This document shows, piece by piece, positions 18,931 through 27,949 of a DNA stretch of 46,380 nucleotides. The notes beneath the pieces are model-generated. The model was not told the DNA's origin, did no database searches, and worked only from the letters and a program-made list of their open reading frames with translations. Each line of letters opens with the position of its first letter. Position 1 is the stretch's first letter. A program made the position numbers and the translations under genes. Origin of the DNA: an uncultured Candidatus Saccharibacteria bacterium (GTDB taxonomy: Bacteria > Patescibacteriota > Minisyncoccia > Phycocordibacterales > Zambryskibacteraceae); assembly GCA_964446535.1 (NCBI GenBank), contig CAYUOR010000004.1, positions 1-46,380 of the forward strand. The letters run 5' to 3'.

Positions 18931-18950
18931 ATCATTTAGAATCAGGGTAA

Positions 18951-19493
18951 ATGAAGATACCGAAAAAAGTACCAGACGTTACTTTTAAAACTCGAGTTCG
19001 CGATGAAAAAATCGGCGGCGATAACCCGTATCGCTGGCAGGATGTAACCACGGACGATATTTTTAAAGGCAAGTCAGTCGTCGTATTCTCGCTGCCTGGC
19101 GCCTTCACACCGACCTGCAGTTCTTCGCATCTGCCCGGCTTTGAAGCTAAATATGATGAATTAAAAGCTCTTGGTGTCGATGAAGTTTGCTGTGTTTCCG
19201 TAAACGATGCTTATGTTATGAACCAGTGGGCCAAGAGCCAGGGGGTTAAAAAGGTCAAAATGATTCCGGACGGCTCCGCTCTTTTCACCAAAGGTATGGG
19301 GATGCTTGTAAAAAAGGACGATTTAGGTTTCGGCGAAAGATCGTGGAGGTACAGCATGTACGTTGTAGATAAAGAGATAAAAAAAGTATTTATCGAAGAG
19401 GGCTTTACGGATAATTGCCCCACGGATCCATTTTCCGTCTCTGATGTTGATACAATGATTAAATATCTTAAGGAGTCAGTTCAAAATAAATAA
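18951..19493 (+). CDS. peroxiredoxin (Prx5-like, Redoxin family)
   Basis: [33 protein letters not shown]. Confidence 0.93.
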   Translation: MKIPKKVPDVTFKTRVRDEKIGGDNPYRWQDVTTDDIFKGKSVVVFSLPGAFTPTCSSSHLPGFEAKYDELKALGVDEVCCVSVNDAYVMNQWAKSQGVKKVKMIPDGSALFTKGMGMLVKKDDLGFGERSWRYSMYVVDKEIKKVFIEEGFTDNCPTDPFSVSDVDTMIKYLKESVQNK

Positions 19494-19529
19494 ATTACAC
19501 TCGGTCGATTGGTGATATAATCATCGTCG

Positions 19530-20633
19530 ATGAAGGCGGCGCAACCTAAGGTCGATAAATTGTTTTTGTTCCTGTCCTTGGCCCTGATCATTGTCGGGTT
19601 TTTTGTTTTTAATTCCGCCTCTCTGGCCCTGCTTGCCAAAGAAACTTCAAATTATTCCAGCGTCGCTTTCGCTCAAGTGGTCTTCGGTCTTTTCGGGGGC
19701 TCTGTGGCGATGTTATTTGCCTCCCGCCTTAGTTCAAACTTCTGGAAAAAACTTGCTTTCTATCTACTAATTATCGCTATTATTCTAAATATTCTAGTTC
19801 TTTTACCCGGAGTAGGGTTTGAACACGGCGGTGCCAGACGCTGGATAAATGTATTCGGTGTCTCACTACAGACCTCAGAAGTACTTAAATTCGCCTTCAT
19901 CCTTTATTTCGCAGCCTGGGCAGCCGCGGTGAAGGATCGCATAAAAACTTTTCGCTACGGTCTGTTGCCGCTTCTCGTTCTTCTCGGAATCGCTGCCGCG
20001 CTTCTCGTTATGCAGCCCGACACAGACAATTTAATACTCATCGGTCTCACAGGGACAGTCATGCTGATAGCCGCCGGAGGCAGGATAAAACACGTTTTCC
20101 TGATAGCCCTAATAGGTCTTATCGGTATAGGGCTTTTATATTTTACGCAACCACATATAAAAAATCGTATTAACGCTTTTTTTAGTCAAGAGTCCGATGC
20201 CGCTGGCATTAATTTCCAGGTGAAGCAATCGCTTATAGCCATAGGTTCTGGCGGTCTTACCGGGCGAGGTTTCGGACAAAGTGTTCAGAAATTTACGTAC
20301 CTACCAGAACCGATAGGAGATTCAGTCTTTGCGGTTGTGGCGGAAGAGTTTGGATTTATCGGCTCTACGATGCTTCTTGTCCTTTTTGTATTATTTGCCG
20401 TGAGAGGATTAAAAATTGCCGCCAGTACTGAAAACTCTTTTGCTAGACTCACGGTTGTTGGAATTGTTATAATGATAGTATCCCAAGCATTCGTCAATAT
20501 AGGCGCGATGCTCGGAGTGATTCCCTTGTCAGGCATAACCCTACCGTTTATCTCTAAGGGCGGCACCTCTCTTTTCATGACCCTGCTTGAAGTAGGTATT
20601 GTGCTCTCGATCTCTAGAAACCGAGGACTCTAA
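19530..20633 (+). CDS. ftsW: SEDS-family peptidoglycan polymerase FtsW
   Basis: GARRWI, QTSEVLK, SLIAIGSGGLTGRG, LPEPIGDSVFA, GITLPFISKGG; upstream of murG. Confidence 0.92.
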   Translation: MKAAQPKVDKLFLFLSLALIIVGFFVFNSASLALLAKETSNYSSVAFAQVVFGLFGGSVAMLFASRLSSNFWKKLAFYLLIIAIILNILVLLPGVGFEHGGARRWINVFGVSLQTSEVLKFAFILYFAAWAAAVKDRIKTFRYGLLPLLVLLGIAAALLVMQPDTDNLILIGLTGTVMLIAAGGRIKHVFLIALIGLIGIGLLYFTQPHIKNRINAFFSQESDAAGINFQVKQSLIAIGSGGLTGRGFGQSVQKFTYLPEPIGDSVFAVVAEEFGFIGSTMLLVLFVLFAVRGLKIAASTENSFARLTVVGIVIMIVSQAFVNIGAMLGVIPLSGITLPFISKGGTSLFMTLLEVGIVLSISRNRGL

Positions 20634-20634
20634 T

Positions 20635-21768
20635 ATGCGCATTTTATTTACCGGCGGCGGTTCAGGGGGTCACTTCTACCCGATAATCGCCATCGCCGAA
20701 GAACTTAATAACCTGGTCAAGGAAAAAAAGCTTTTAGGGCTGGAACTCTTTTACATGTCCCATACGCCATACAATGCCGGCATTCTCTTTGAACACGGTA
20801 TTACTTACAAAAAAAATAGTGCCGGAAAGATCCGCCGCTACTTCTCTTTCCTTAATTTTTTAGACTTATTTAAAACGGGGTGGGGGATTCTCGTCTCAAT
20901 TCTTCAGGTTTATCGCCTTTATCCGGATGTCGTTTTCGGCAAGGGCGGCTACGCGAGTTTCCCAGTGCTCTTCGCCGCAAAAATTTTACGCATACCAGTG
21001 GTCATCCACGAGTCCGACACTGTACCGGGCAAGGTAAACACCTGGGCTGGTAAATTTGCCGCTCGCGTTGCTGTCTCATACAAAGAGACGGCAAAGTTTT
21101 TTCCTACGGAAAAAGTAGCTTTCACCAGCCAGCCAGTTCGCAAAGAAATTACTCAACCCATAACGGAAGGCGCTCGAGAATTTTTGAAAATTGAGTCCGA
21201 GACACCGGTTGTGCTTATTCTAGGCGGCTCACTCGGGGCAGAAAAAATAAATGACACAATCTTTGAAGGTTTGAAAAATATGGTTGAAAAGTACACGGTT
21301 ATTCACCAGACCGGTAAAAATAATTTTATAGAAGCCAAGACAACTGCCGCCGCCGTCCTTTTTGACTCGGAACACAAAGATCGCTACAAGCCGTTTGATT
21401 ATCTTAATGCTCTTGCCTTACGCATGGCGGCCGGCGTTGCTTCTATAGTGGTCTCACGCGCCGGTTCAACAATTTTCGAAATCGCGGCTTGGAGTACTCC
21501 TTCAATTATTATCCCCATCACCGACTCTAACGGCGATCACCAGAGGCAGAATGCTTTTGCTTACGCCCGAGCCGGCGCTTGTGAGGTTATAGAAGAAGCC
21601 AATCTTCGACCGAATATTCTTATCTCGGAGATTGAGCGCCTGATGTCAAATGCGGAAGAACGAGAGAAGATGAGGGCCGCAGCCAAGGCATTCCACAGAC
21701 CCGAGGCGGCAAGACTTGTGGCGGAAGAAATCTTGAAAATCGCCCTGGAACACGAGATAGAAAAATGA
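20635..21768 (+). CDS. murG: lipid II synthase MurG
   Basis: GGGSGGH, KGGYAS, HESD, ILGGSLGA, RAGS; start set at MRILF 20635. Confidence 0.95.
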   Translation: MRILFTGGGSGGHFYPIIAIAEELNNLVKEKKLLGLELFYMSHTPYNAGILFEHGITYKKNSAGKIRRYFSFLNFLDLFKTGWGILVSILQVYRLYPDVVFGKGGYASFPVLFAAKILRIPVVIHESDTVPGKVNTWAGKFAARVAVSYKETAKFFPTEKVAFTSQPVRKEITQPITEGAREFLKIESETPVVLILGGSLGAEKINDTIFEGLKNMVEKYTVIHQTGKNNFIEAKTTAAAVLFDSEHKDRYKPFDYLNALALRMAAGVASIVVSRAGSTIFEIAAWSTPSIIIPITDSNGDHQRQNAFAYARAGACEVIEEANLRPNILISEIERLMSNAEEREKMRAAAKAFHRPEAARLVAEEILKIALEHEIEK

Positions 21769-22949
21769 AGCAACAGATTATTACACGTTTTCCCCCCTCG
21801 CCGACAGGCCCCATCCACATCGGTAATGTAAGAACCGCGCTTTTTAATTATCTTTTCGCAAGGCACCACAGTGGACTTTTCATCCTAAGAATAGAAGATA
21901 CAGATAGGGCGCGTTCAAAACCAGAATTTGAGAAGGGGATTATTGAAAATCTTGCCTGGCTTGGTCTGGAGCACGACGGAGAAATTCTTCGTCAATCGGA
22001 GCGCGGTGAAGTTTATAAAAAATATTTAGACAAATTAATTTCTGAAGGCACGGCCTACCTTTCTCTTGAAGACGAGGGAGAAAATAGGGAAGTGGTTCGC
22101 TTCCGAAATCCGAACAAGAAGGTTGTGTTTGAAGATTCGGTGCGCGGCGAAGTTTCATTCGACACCACGGAGCTAGGCGATTTCATAATTGCTAAAAACA
22201 AAAACGAACCCCTCTATCACTTAGCCGTGGTAATAGACGACTTCGAGTCTGGGGTGACACACGTTATTCGCGGCGAAGACCATATTTCAAACACACCGCG
22301 TCAGATTCTTATACAGGAAGCGATCGGCGCCCCTAGGCCCGTGTATGCGCACCTACCCCTAATTCTGTCATCCGATCGATCGAAACTCTCTAAAAGAAAA
22401 CACGGGGAATCTGTTTCTCTAGACTATTACCGACAAAAGGGATATTTGTCACAAGCTCTGATAAATTACCTGGCGCTTCTTGGATGGAATCCCGGGACGG
22501 ATAAAGAGATTTTTACGCTAGAGGAACTTATAAAAACCTTTGACATCGCCAAGATTCAGAAGGGTGGAGCCATTTTTGACGAAAGGAAACTCAACTGGGT
22601 TAATCGCGAACATATAAAACTCTTATCTCCGGAAGAGAAACAAAAACTTGCTTTGAAAGATTTTAATCTCAAAGAAATACCGAAACTAGAGAAAGCCAAA
22701 ATTTGCTGGAAAGATGTTGATTCCGAGGAAACGCTCAAGCACCTATCAAAAGCAGCCGAGCTTATAAAAACTAATGGCGATCTAGCGGCTTATGCGGCCA
22801 AGGCGGGGAAGGGCAATGTCCTCTGGCCGGTGCGCTACGCCCTCTCCGGAAAGGATGTATCTCCCGACCCGTTTACTCTTATTGCGGCACTCGGTCCTGA
22901 CGAATCGGTTAGAAGAATTAAGGAAGCTATCAAAATTCTTGAAGCATGA
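21765..22949 (+). CDS. gltX: glutamate--tRNA ligase (shortened anticodon-binding region)
   Basis: RFPPSPTGPIHIGN, RIEDTD, HVIRGEDH, KLSKR; 394 aa. Confidence 0.95.
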   Translation: MKQQIITRFPPSPTGPIHIGNVRTALFNYLFARHHSGLFILRIEDTDRARSKPEFEKGIIENLAWLGLEHDGEILRQSERGEVYKKYLDKLISEGTAYLSLEDEGENREVVRFRNPNKKVVFEDSVRGEVSFDTTELGDFIIAKNKNEPLYHLAVVIDDFESGVTHVIRGEDHISNTPRQILIQEAIGAPRPVYAHLPLILSSDRSKLSKRKHGESVSLDYYRQKGYLSQALINYLALLGWNPGTDKEIFTLEELIKTFDIAKIQKGGAIFDERKLNWVNREHIKLLSPEEKQKLALKDFNLKEIPKLEKAKICWKDVDSEETLKHLSKAAELIKTNGDLAAYAAKAGKGNVLWPVRYALSGKDVSPDPFTLIAALGPDESVRRIKEAIKILEA

Positions 22950-24271
22950 AGAAGTTTTTAGTTTTAACAGCGATTTATTTCTTTTTCTCCGCCATCTCCC
23001 TTGCCGCCCCCTCAAGTGACCTAGAGAATCAGATTGAGCAGGTTCGTCGCGAGAGGGAAAGCCTGGTTGCCGAACAGAAACGTCTGGAGGCAGAACTTGA
23101 AAGGGTGAATGCGGAAAGTAAAACCCTGGGTAGTGCCGTTAAGTCTCTTGATACCACGAGAAAAAAACTTGTCGCCGATATCAATGTCACTCAATCTAAA
23201 ATTACCACCACCAATCTCACCATTAAGTCTCTAGAAAATAAAATGGGGGAGAAAGAGGCGCAAATCTTGGCACATAGACAGGCTATCGCCCAAGCCCTAC
23301 AGACCCTTTCAGCGTACGATACCCGTTCCATGGTTTTAGACCTTCTTTCTTCCGCGAAGTTCTCTGACGTTTGGCGTGACAGGAGTCAGCTTGAGAGTCT
23401 TAATTTGAAAATGGAAGAAGAGATTCTTTCTCTGCGCGAGACCAGAAAAGTTCTTGACCAAGAGAAGAAGCAAAAAGAGAAAGTTAAAGCCGAACAAGTC
23501 AGTCTCAAGGGGCAGCTCTCTGGACAAAAATCGGTCGTAGAAGAAAACCAAAAGGCTAAGGAAAAACTTCTTGCTGAGACCAAAAACAAAGAAGCAGAAT
23601 ATCAGAAACTCTTAGCGGAAAATATCGCGCGACAAAAACAATTTGAAGAAGATCTTTCGAGACTTGAGCTCGAACTTCGAATCATTCTGGATCCTTCGCT
23701 TATCCCGAAGATTAAACACGGTGTCCTGGCCTGGCCACTCTCCGAAGTCTTCATCACACAGCACTTCGGCGAGACCGAATTCGCCCGCGGCGGTGCCTAT
23801 GGTGGCAAGGGACACAACGGAGTGGACTTCCGCGCTGCTATGGGCACTCCGGTAAAGACCGTCTTTTCCGGCACGGTCAAGGGAGCGGGCAACACAGACG
23901 AAAATAATGCAACCTACAGAAAACAAGGCAGACCAGCTTGCGTCTCTTACGGACGCTGGATCTTAATTGACCACGGCAACGGCCTTTCGAGTGTGTACGC
24001 GCACCTTTCCGCATCGCTAGTCTCACCAGGGCAGACGGTAAGAACAGGTGATGTTATCGGTTATTCTGGTGGTGCTTATGGTGTTAATGGTTCTGGCTAT
24101 TCGTTCGGCCCGCATCTTCACTTAGGACTTTTTGCGAGCCAAGGTGTTGAAATAAGAAAGCTTGTAAACAGTAAGGGCGGTTGTAAAGACATACTTATGC
24201 CGGTTGCCCTAGGCCCAGAAGCCTATCTTAATCCGCTTGATTACCTGCCTGCGCAGGCAGGTCTGCCATAA
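22946..24271 (+). CDS. coiled-coil plus M23 peptidase protein (EnvC/murein hydrolase-like)
   Basis: Signal peptide, long coiled coil, HNGVDF, YAHLS, HLH. Confidence 0.9.
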   Translation: MKKFLVLTAIYFFFSAISLAAPSSDLENQIEQVRRERESLVAEQKRLEAELERVNAESKTLGSAVKSLDTTRKKLVADINVTQSKITTTNLTIKSLENKMGEKEAQILAHRQAIAQALQTLSAYDTRSMVLDLLSSAKFSDVWRDRSQLESLNLKMEEEILSLRETRKVLDQEKKQKEKVKAEQVSLKGQLSGQKSVVEENQKAKEKLLAETKNKEAEYQKLLAENIARQKQFEEDLSRLELELRIILDPSLIPKIKHGVLAWPLSEVFITQHFGETEFARGGAYGGKGHNGVDFRAAMGTPVKTVFSGTVKGAGNTDENNATYRKQGRPACVSYGRWILIDHGNGLSSVYAHLSASLVSPGQTVRTGDVIGYSGGAYGVNGSGYSFGPHLHLGLFASQGVEIRKLVNSKGGCKDILMPVALGPEAYLNPLDYLPAQAGLP

Positions 24272-24307
24272 TTGATATTAAGTTTGAGGCGGGGTAAACT
24301 ATGGATT

Positions 24308-24562
24308 ATGAAAAAGGACGAGGGCTTCATCGGTTGGCTCATTCTCATAATCATCGCTCTGGCGCTTCTTAAGTACTTTTTTAACTTCTCCATTTTTGAC
24401 GCAGCCGCTTCAGAGCAAGGTAAAGACACCATAAGTTATATAAAAAATATTGTTGACGTTATCTGGTCCTATATAGAGAAACCGGTTACGTGGCTCTGGG
24501 ATAGGGTAGTGGAGCTCTTCGCCGACCGCTTTGTCAACAAAAGCCCTCTCCCCACTGAATAA
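24308..24562 (+). CDS. small membrane protein
   Basis: MKKDEGFIGWLILIIIALALLKYFF; ATG 24308 is 7 nt after TAAACT (24295-24300). Confidence 0.65.
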   Translation: MKKDEGFIGWLILIIIALALLKYFFNFSIFDAAASEQGKDTISYIKNIVDVIWSYIEKPVTWLWDRVVELFADRFVNKSPLPTE

Positions 24563-24571
24563 ATTATTTTT

Positions 24572-24682
24572 ATGAAAGTTTTGAAAATTACAGCGTTTTT
24601 CCTGTTGGCTCCGATATATGTACCGTTATATTTTCTTATGAACTTTACTTTTAAGTGGTGGTCAGGGCTTCTAGACGACTAA
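24572..24682 (+). CDS. 36-aa hydrophobic micropeptide (not in ORF track)
   Basis: MKVLKITAFFLLAPIYVPLYFLMNFTFKWWSGLLDD*; TAAATT 6 nt upstream. Confidence 0.45.
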   Translation: MKVLKITAFFLLAPIYVPLYFLMNFTFKWWSGLLDD

Positions 24683-24769
24683 TCCCAAGGGGCCTAGAAC
24701 CCCTCATATTTGTGTCACAAAAGATATATTGTGCGACAGATAGCTATTCTCACCCCTTATCTCCCCCAT

Positions 24770-24802
24770 AACAAAAACCCGCCTTGTCGGCGGGTTTTTG
24801 TT
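24770..24802. terminator. bidirectional intrinsic terminator
   Basis: Perfect 14-bp stem AACAAAAACCCGCC / GGCGGGTTTTTGTT between convergent genes. Confidence 0.9.
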
Positions 24803-25302
24803 TATCTTCGAGCGATTTCGGATTCAGCGAACTTTGCCCAACAAGCGGATGAAGACATCCAGGGCTTAGCACCCTCTTTCTCGTAGAGATAACGCGCATA
24901 TTTGACGTTATCCTCGAGATCATGGACATCAAGACCCATCTCAACGGCTTTTTCGCCATGGTAGAGAATGTTGATCTGCATCACACCCCTGTCGTAGCTG
25001 TTCTCTTCTCCTTTCAGAATACTGCCTTTTGAGTTGTAGTGTCTGTAATGCGATTCGCATCCGGCAATCTTTGCCATGATAGGAATATCGGCAAAGTAGT
25101 CGTTAACGAATTTTTCAACGTTCTTTACGTCCGTAATCGGTCCATAGTCTTCAACTCTGACTTCCTTAGGTGCCCTATCCTGTGCTATTCGAGGATCTTC
25201 GTTGTTACCCGTTATAAGCGATGTTATCGCCGGTAAAACGTCAACAGCGGAAGAAGAAAGACTGAAGAGAAGACTGATAGTCGTAAGCTGTAAAATAACA
25301 AT
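24802..25302 (-). CDS. secreted lysozyme-like/lytic transglycosylase protein; 5' start uncertain
   Basis: IAGCES (catalytic Glu), DRGVMQIN, NVKYARYLY, KPWMSSSACW; frame stays open from 25347 with a hydrophobic N-terminus but no ATG/GTG/TTG before 25077. Confidence 0.8.
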   Translation of the reverse strand: MVILQLTTISLLFSLSSSAVDVLPAITSLITGNNEDPRIAQDRAPKEVRVEDYGPITDVKNVEKFVNDYFADIPIMAKIAGCESHYRHYNSKGSILKGEENSYDRGVMQINILYHGEKAVEMGLDVHDLEDNVKYARYLYEKEGAKPWMSSSACWAKFAESEIARR

Positions 25303-25382
25303 AGGATAAACTGCTAATTTTAGGTTGCCGTAGAGGTCATTTCTCTCCTAAACAAAAAGCCAGCACCTGCTGACTTGCTCAT

Positions 25383-25411
25383 ATACTAGCACACAAGGGT
25401 CTTGATGTCAA
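25383..25411 (-). promoter_or_regulatory. sigma70 promoter TTGACA-17-TGnTAGTAT
   Basis: TTGACA 25411-25406, TAGTAT 25388-25383. Confidence 0.8.
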
Positions 25412-25469
25412 GTAATTTGTGTGGTGAAATTTATATAAAATGGCTCTGTTGAGCCATTATTTTGCGATT

Positions 25470-25961
25470 TTAACGAGGCGAGCAATTCAGGGCCAGAGTG
25501 TAGCCAGCCGCTTCTGCCTCGCCAGGGCTCTTAAAGTAGATTTTGTTCTCTTCTTTTATCTGTTTGGCACCGGAGCAATAGAGGAAATGATATCTCTCCC
25601 CGTTTTTTGAAGCCACCACCTGCGCTTCCGAGGGCAAAACTTGTGTATTTTCAAGATAATTTGAAGTATTAGCACCCGCCACACTCGGTACCGAGGGCGT
25701 CTTAGAGGTGTTAAAGGTATCGCTTATAGGAGTTATAGACGGATCTAGCTCTATTTTCGGAGTAGTCCTCTCCCCCACAATCGAGAGTCTGCCTAAGCCG
25801 AACGACAATGTCCCGACGAGAATTATGACAATAGGCACAAAGAATTTTCTGAATCTCGGAAAACGAACGACTTCCCCACTCTCATCATAGGAGAATTCCT
25901 CTGTTTTGTGGCTAACTTCTTCCATTTTCTTGATTTTTTCTGTAGTCTGGTCTATACTCAT
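25470..25961 (-). CDS. membrane-anchored protein with C-terminal Ada-like metal-binding domain
   Basis: One TM segment, Ser/Thr linker, VASKNGERYHFLYCSGAKQIKEENKIYF...AGYTLALNC. Confidence 0.75.
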   Translation of the reverse strand: MSIDQTTEKIKKMEEVSHKTEEFSYDESGEVVRFPRFRKFFVPIVIILVGTLSFGLGRLSIVGERTTPKIELDPSITPISDTFNTSKTPSVPSVAGANTSNYLENTQVLPSEAQVVASKNGERYHFLYCSGAKQIKEENKIYFKSPGEAEAAGYTLALNCSPR

Positions 25962-25982
25962 CGGACGCTAATATAGTACAAA

Positions 25983-26264
25983 ATGGCACATAAAAAGTCA
26001 GCAGGCACAACTAAAAACGGTCGAGACTCGAATCCAAAGTATCTCGGCATTAAGATTACCCCGGGTGCAAGAGCTCGAGTCGGCTCTGTTCTTGTCCGCC
26101 AGCGCGGCTCCGACGTCTTACCCGGTAAAAATGTCTCCATCGGTAAGGACCACACTCTTTTTGCCACCAAGGAAGGTGTGGTAGCGATTAGTTACAAACG
26201 CAAAGTTCACTTCGACAACAAAATTATAAAAAAGAAAGTTATGAGCGTATTACCTCAAGCGTAA
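25983..26264 (+). CDS. rpmA: 50S ribosomal protein L27
   Basis: [34 protein letters not shown]. Confidence 0.98.
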   Translation: MAHKKSAGTTKNGRDSNPKYLGIKITPGARARVGSVLVRQRGSDVLPGKNVSIGKDHTLFATKEGVVAISYKRKVHFDNKIIKKKVMSVLPQA

Positions 26265-26685
26265 AGCGCGCCTCCTTTCCATCCCCCACCCGAATCGGCA
26301 CTTCAAAGGTGCCGATTTCTTTTATCGGTTTTTTTAGAACAATATTCTCGACTCCTATTTCCAACCCTTTCTCCGACTTGATAATTTCACTTACTTTTTT
26401 CGTATCCAGGGCGGCAAAGAGGTGCCCCACGTCGTTTGCTTTTGCTTTCACCACAATTTTTTCTCCAGCTAGAGCGTGTGTGTTTGCCGAGAACTTCTCT
26501 TTTTTCTCTTTTTTTGTAGCCTCTTCTCTTTCTTTCAGCGCTCTAACCGCCGCGGCTCCTGGGCTTGAAAGCGGAACCGCAAGTTTCTTCGGTATAAGAA
26601 AATTGGTGCCATAGCCGTCTGAGACGTCTTTTTCTTCAAATCTTTGGCCCAAACCTTTCACGTCTTTAATCAAGATAACTTTCAT
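26239..26685 (-). CDS. rplI: 50S ribosomal protein L9
   Basis: [42 protein letters not shown]. Confidence 0.96.
   Translation of the reverse strand: MKVILIKDVKGLGQRFEEKDVSDGYGTNFLIPKKLAVPLSSPGAAAVRALKEREEATKKEKKEKFSANTHALAGEKIVVKAKANDVGHLFAALDTKKVSEIIKSEKGLEIGVENIVLKKPIKEIGTFEVPIRVGDGKEARFTLEVIRS
26293..26324 (+). terminator. possible rpmA terminator embedded antisense in rplI
   Basis: AATCGGCAC...GTGCCGATT stem followed by TCTTTT, about 30 nt after the rpmA stop. Confidence 0.45.
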
Positions 26686-26690
26686 TGTTT

Positions 26691-27911
26691 TTACTTTGAA
26701 AGAATTTCTATAGCTTTATCAAGTTGAGGGTCGCGTCCCGCCTTTCTGTCCTCGGCTGTGTATGGTACCTGGTATTCCGGAGTAATACCGCCGTCAGAAA
26801 TAGAAACGCCGTTTGGTGTCAGCCACCTGGCGATGGTAATTTTAAGCGAAGTCTCTCGGGTGATGTCTACAAGTTCTTGAACGGAACCCTTGCCAAATGT
26901 TTTTTCTCCGACAAGAACTGCCCGCCCGTGCTCAGCTAGCGCCCCAGCAAGGATTTCGGAAGCAGAGGCGGAACCACCGTCTATTAGTATCGCGAATTTT
27001 AAATCGTCGGAGAAAACATCGTAGCCCTTACTGCGATACACCTTCTCTTCTCTAGAGCCGCCGAAGTCTTCTCTGACCACCACCTTACTTGACGGTAGAA
27101 ACCAGCTCGCCATATCTATAGCCGCCTCAAGGTATCCTCCCGGGTTGTTTCTAAGGTCAAGAATCAGTTTGTCGCTTTTCGAGACCAAAAATTCTCTAAG
27201 AGCGCTTCGGAACAGGTTCGGTGACTGCGCGGAGAAGCTGTAAAGTTCTATGACAAATACGCCACCCGGGAGTTCCCTTGTATTGATGGTCGGAATATCT
27301 ATAACCTCCCTTACTACTGAAATTTCAAGCGGTTCAGAAGCCCCCTCTCTTATGACGGTGAGTTTAACCGCGGTCCCCTTTGGTCCGCGAATAAGTTGTA
27401 CTGCGTCTTCCGTTGAGAGCTTAGCGGTATTCTTATCGTCAATTTCAATAACTCTGTCACCAGGGAGAATTCCAGCGCGAGCCGCCGGAGAATCTTTGAG
27501 GGGTGCGACAACAGTGATGGCGCCATTTTGCGCCACTACTTCCATACCGACACCCTCAAAGTTGCCCCTAATATCGGCTTGGAACAGCTCTGACTGGACC
27601 GGAGGAAAGAATACCGTATATGGATCACCGAGTGCATCGGTCATTCCGGAAATGGCACCCCAAATACGCTCCTGGTCACTTACACGCTCTGTTGATGTGC
27701 CGGCCGGCACAAACTTTTCATTAAGAAGATTCCATGCTCTCCAAAACGGCGAGAAGTCTACACCCAGCGGTTCGCCTTCCGCCATATTTTCAATACCGAC
27801 AATAGTTCCGGCGCCACTCTTCTCACTAGCTTGAAGTCCGAGATTGTATCCCCCTACGGCAATAATAACTCCGAGAATAAGGAGTGCTGAATGCTGTCTA
27901 AAAAATTCCAT
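26691..27911 (-). CDS. ctpA: carboxy-terminal processing protease (S41, PDZ)
   Basis: LGDPYT, FEGVGM, PDZ domain, LDLRNNPGG, SASASEI, GEKTFGKGSVQ. Confidence 0.94.
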   Translation of the reverse strand: MEFFRQHSALLILGVIIAVGGYNLGLQASEKSGAGTIVGIENMAEGEPLGVDFSPFWRAWNLLNEKFVPAGTSTERVSDQERIWGAISGMTDALGDPYTVFFPPVQSELFQADIRGNFEGVGMEVVAQNGAITVVAPLKDSPAARAGILPGDRVIEIDDKNTAKLSTEDAVQLIRGPKGTAVKLTVIREGASEPLEISVVREVIDIPTINTRELPGGVFVIELYSFSAQSPNLFRSALREFLVSKSDKLILDLRNNPGGYLEAAIDMASWFLPSSKVVVREDFGGSREEKVYRSKGYDVFSDDLKFAILIDGGSASASEILAGALAEHGRAVLVGEKTFGKGSVQELVDITRETSLKITIARWLTPNGVSISDGGITPEYQVPYTAEDRKAGRDPQLDKAIEILSK

Positions 27912-27918
27912 TCAAGAG

Positions 27919-27943
27919 ATTATATCATCTTTCCTGCTATAAT
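27919..27943. promoter_or_regulatory. back-to-back extended -10 promoters for ctpA and cysS
   Basis: Minus TGnTATAAT (27924-27919) 7 nt before ATG 27911; plus TGnTATAAT (27938-27943) 6 nt before GTG 27950. Confidence 0.8.
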
Positions 27944-27949
27944 GAAGCC

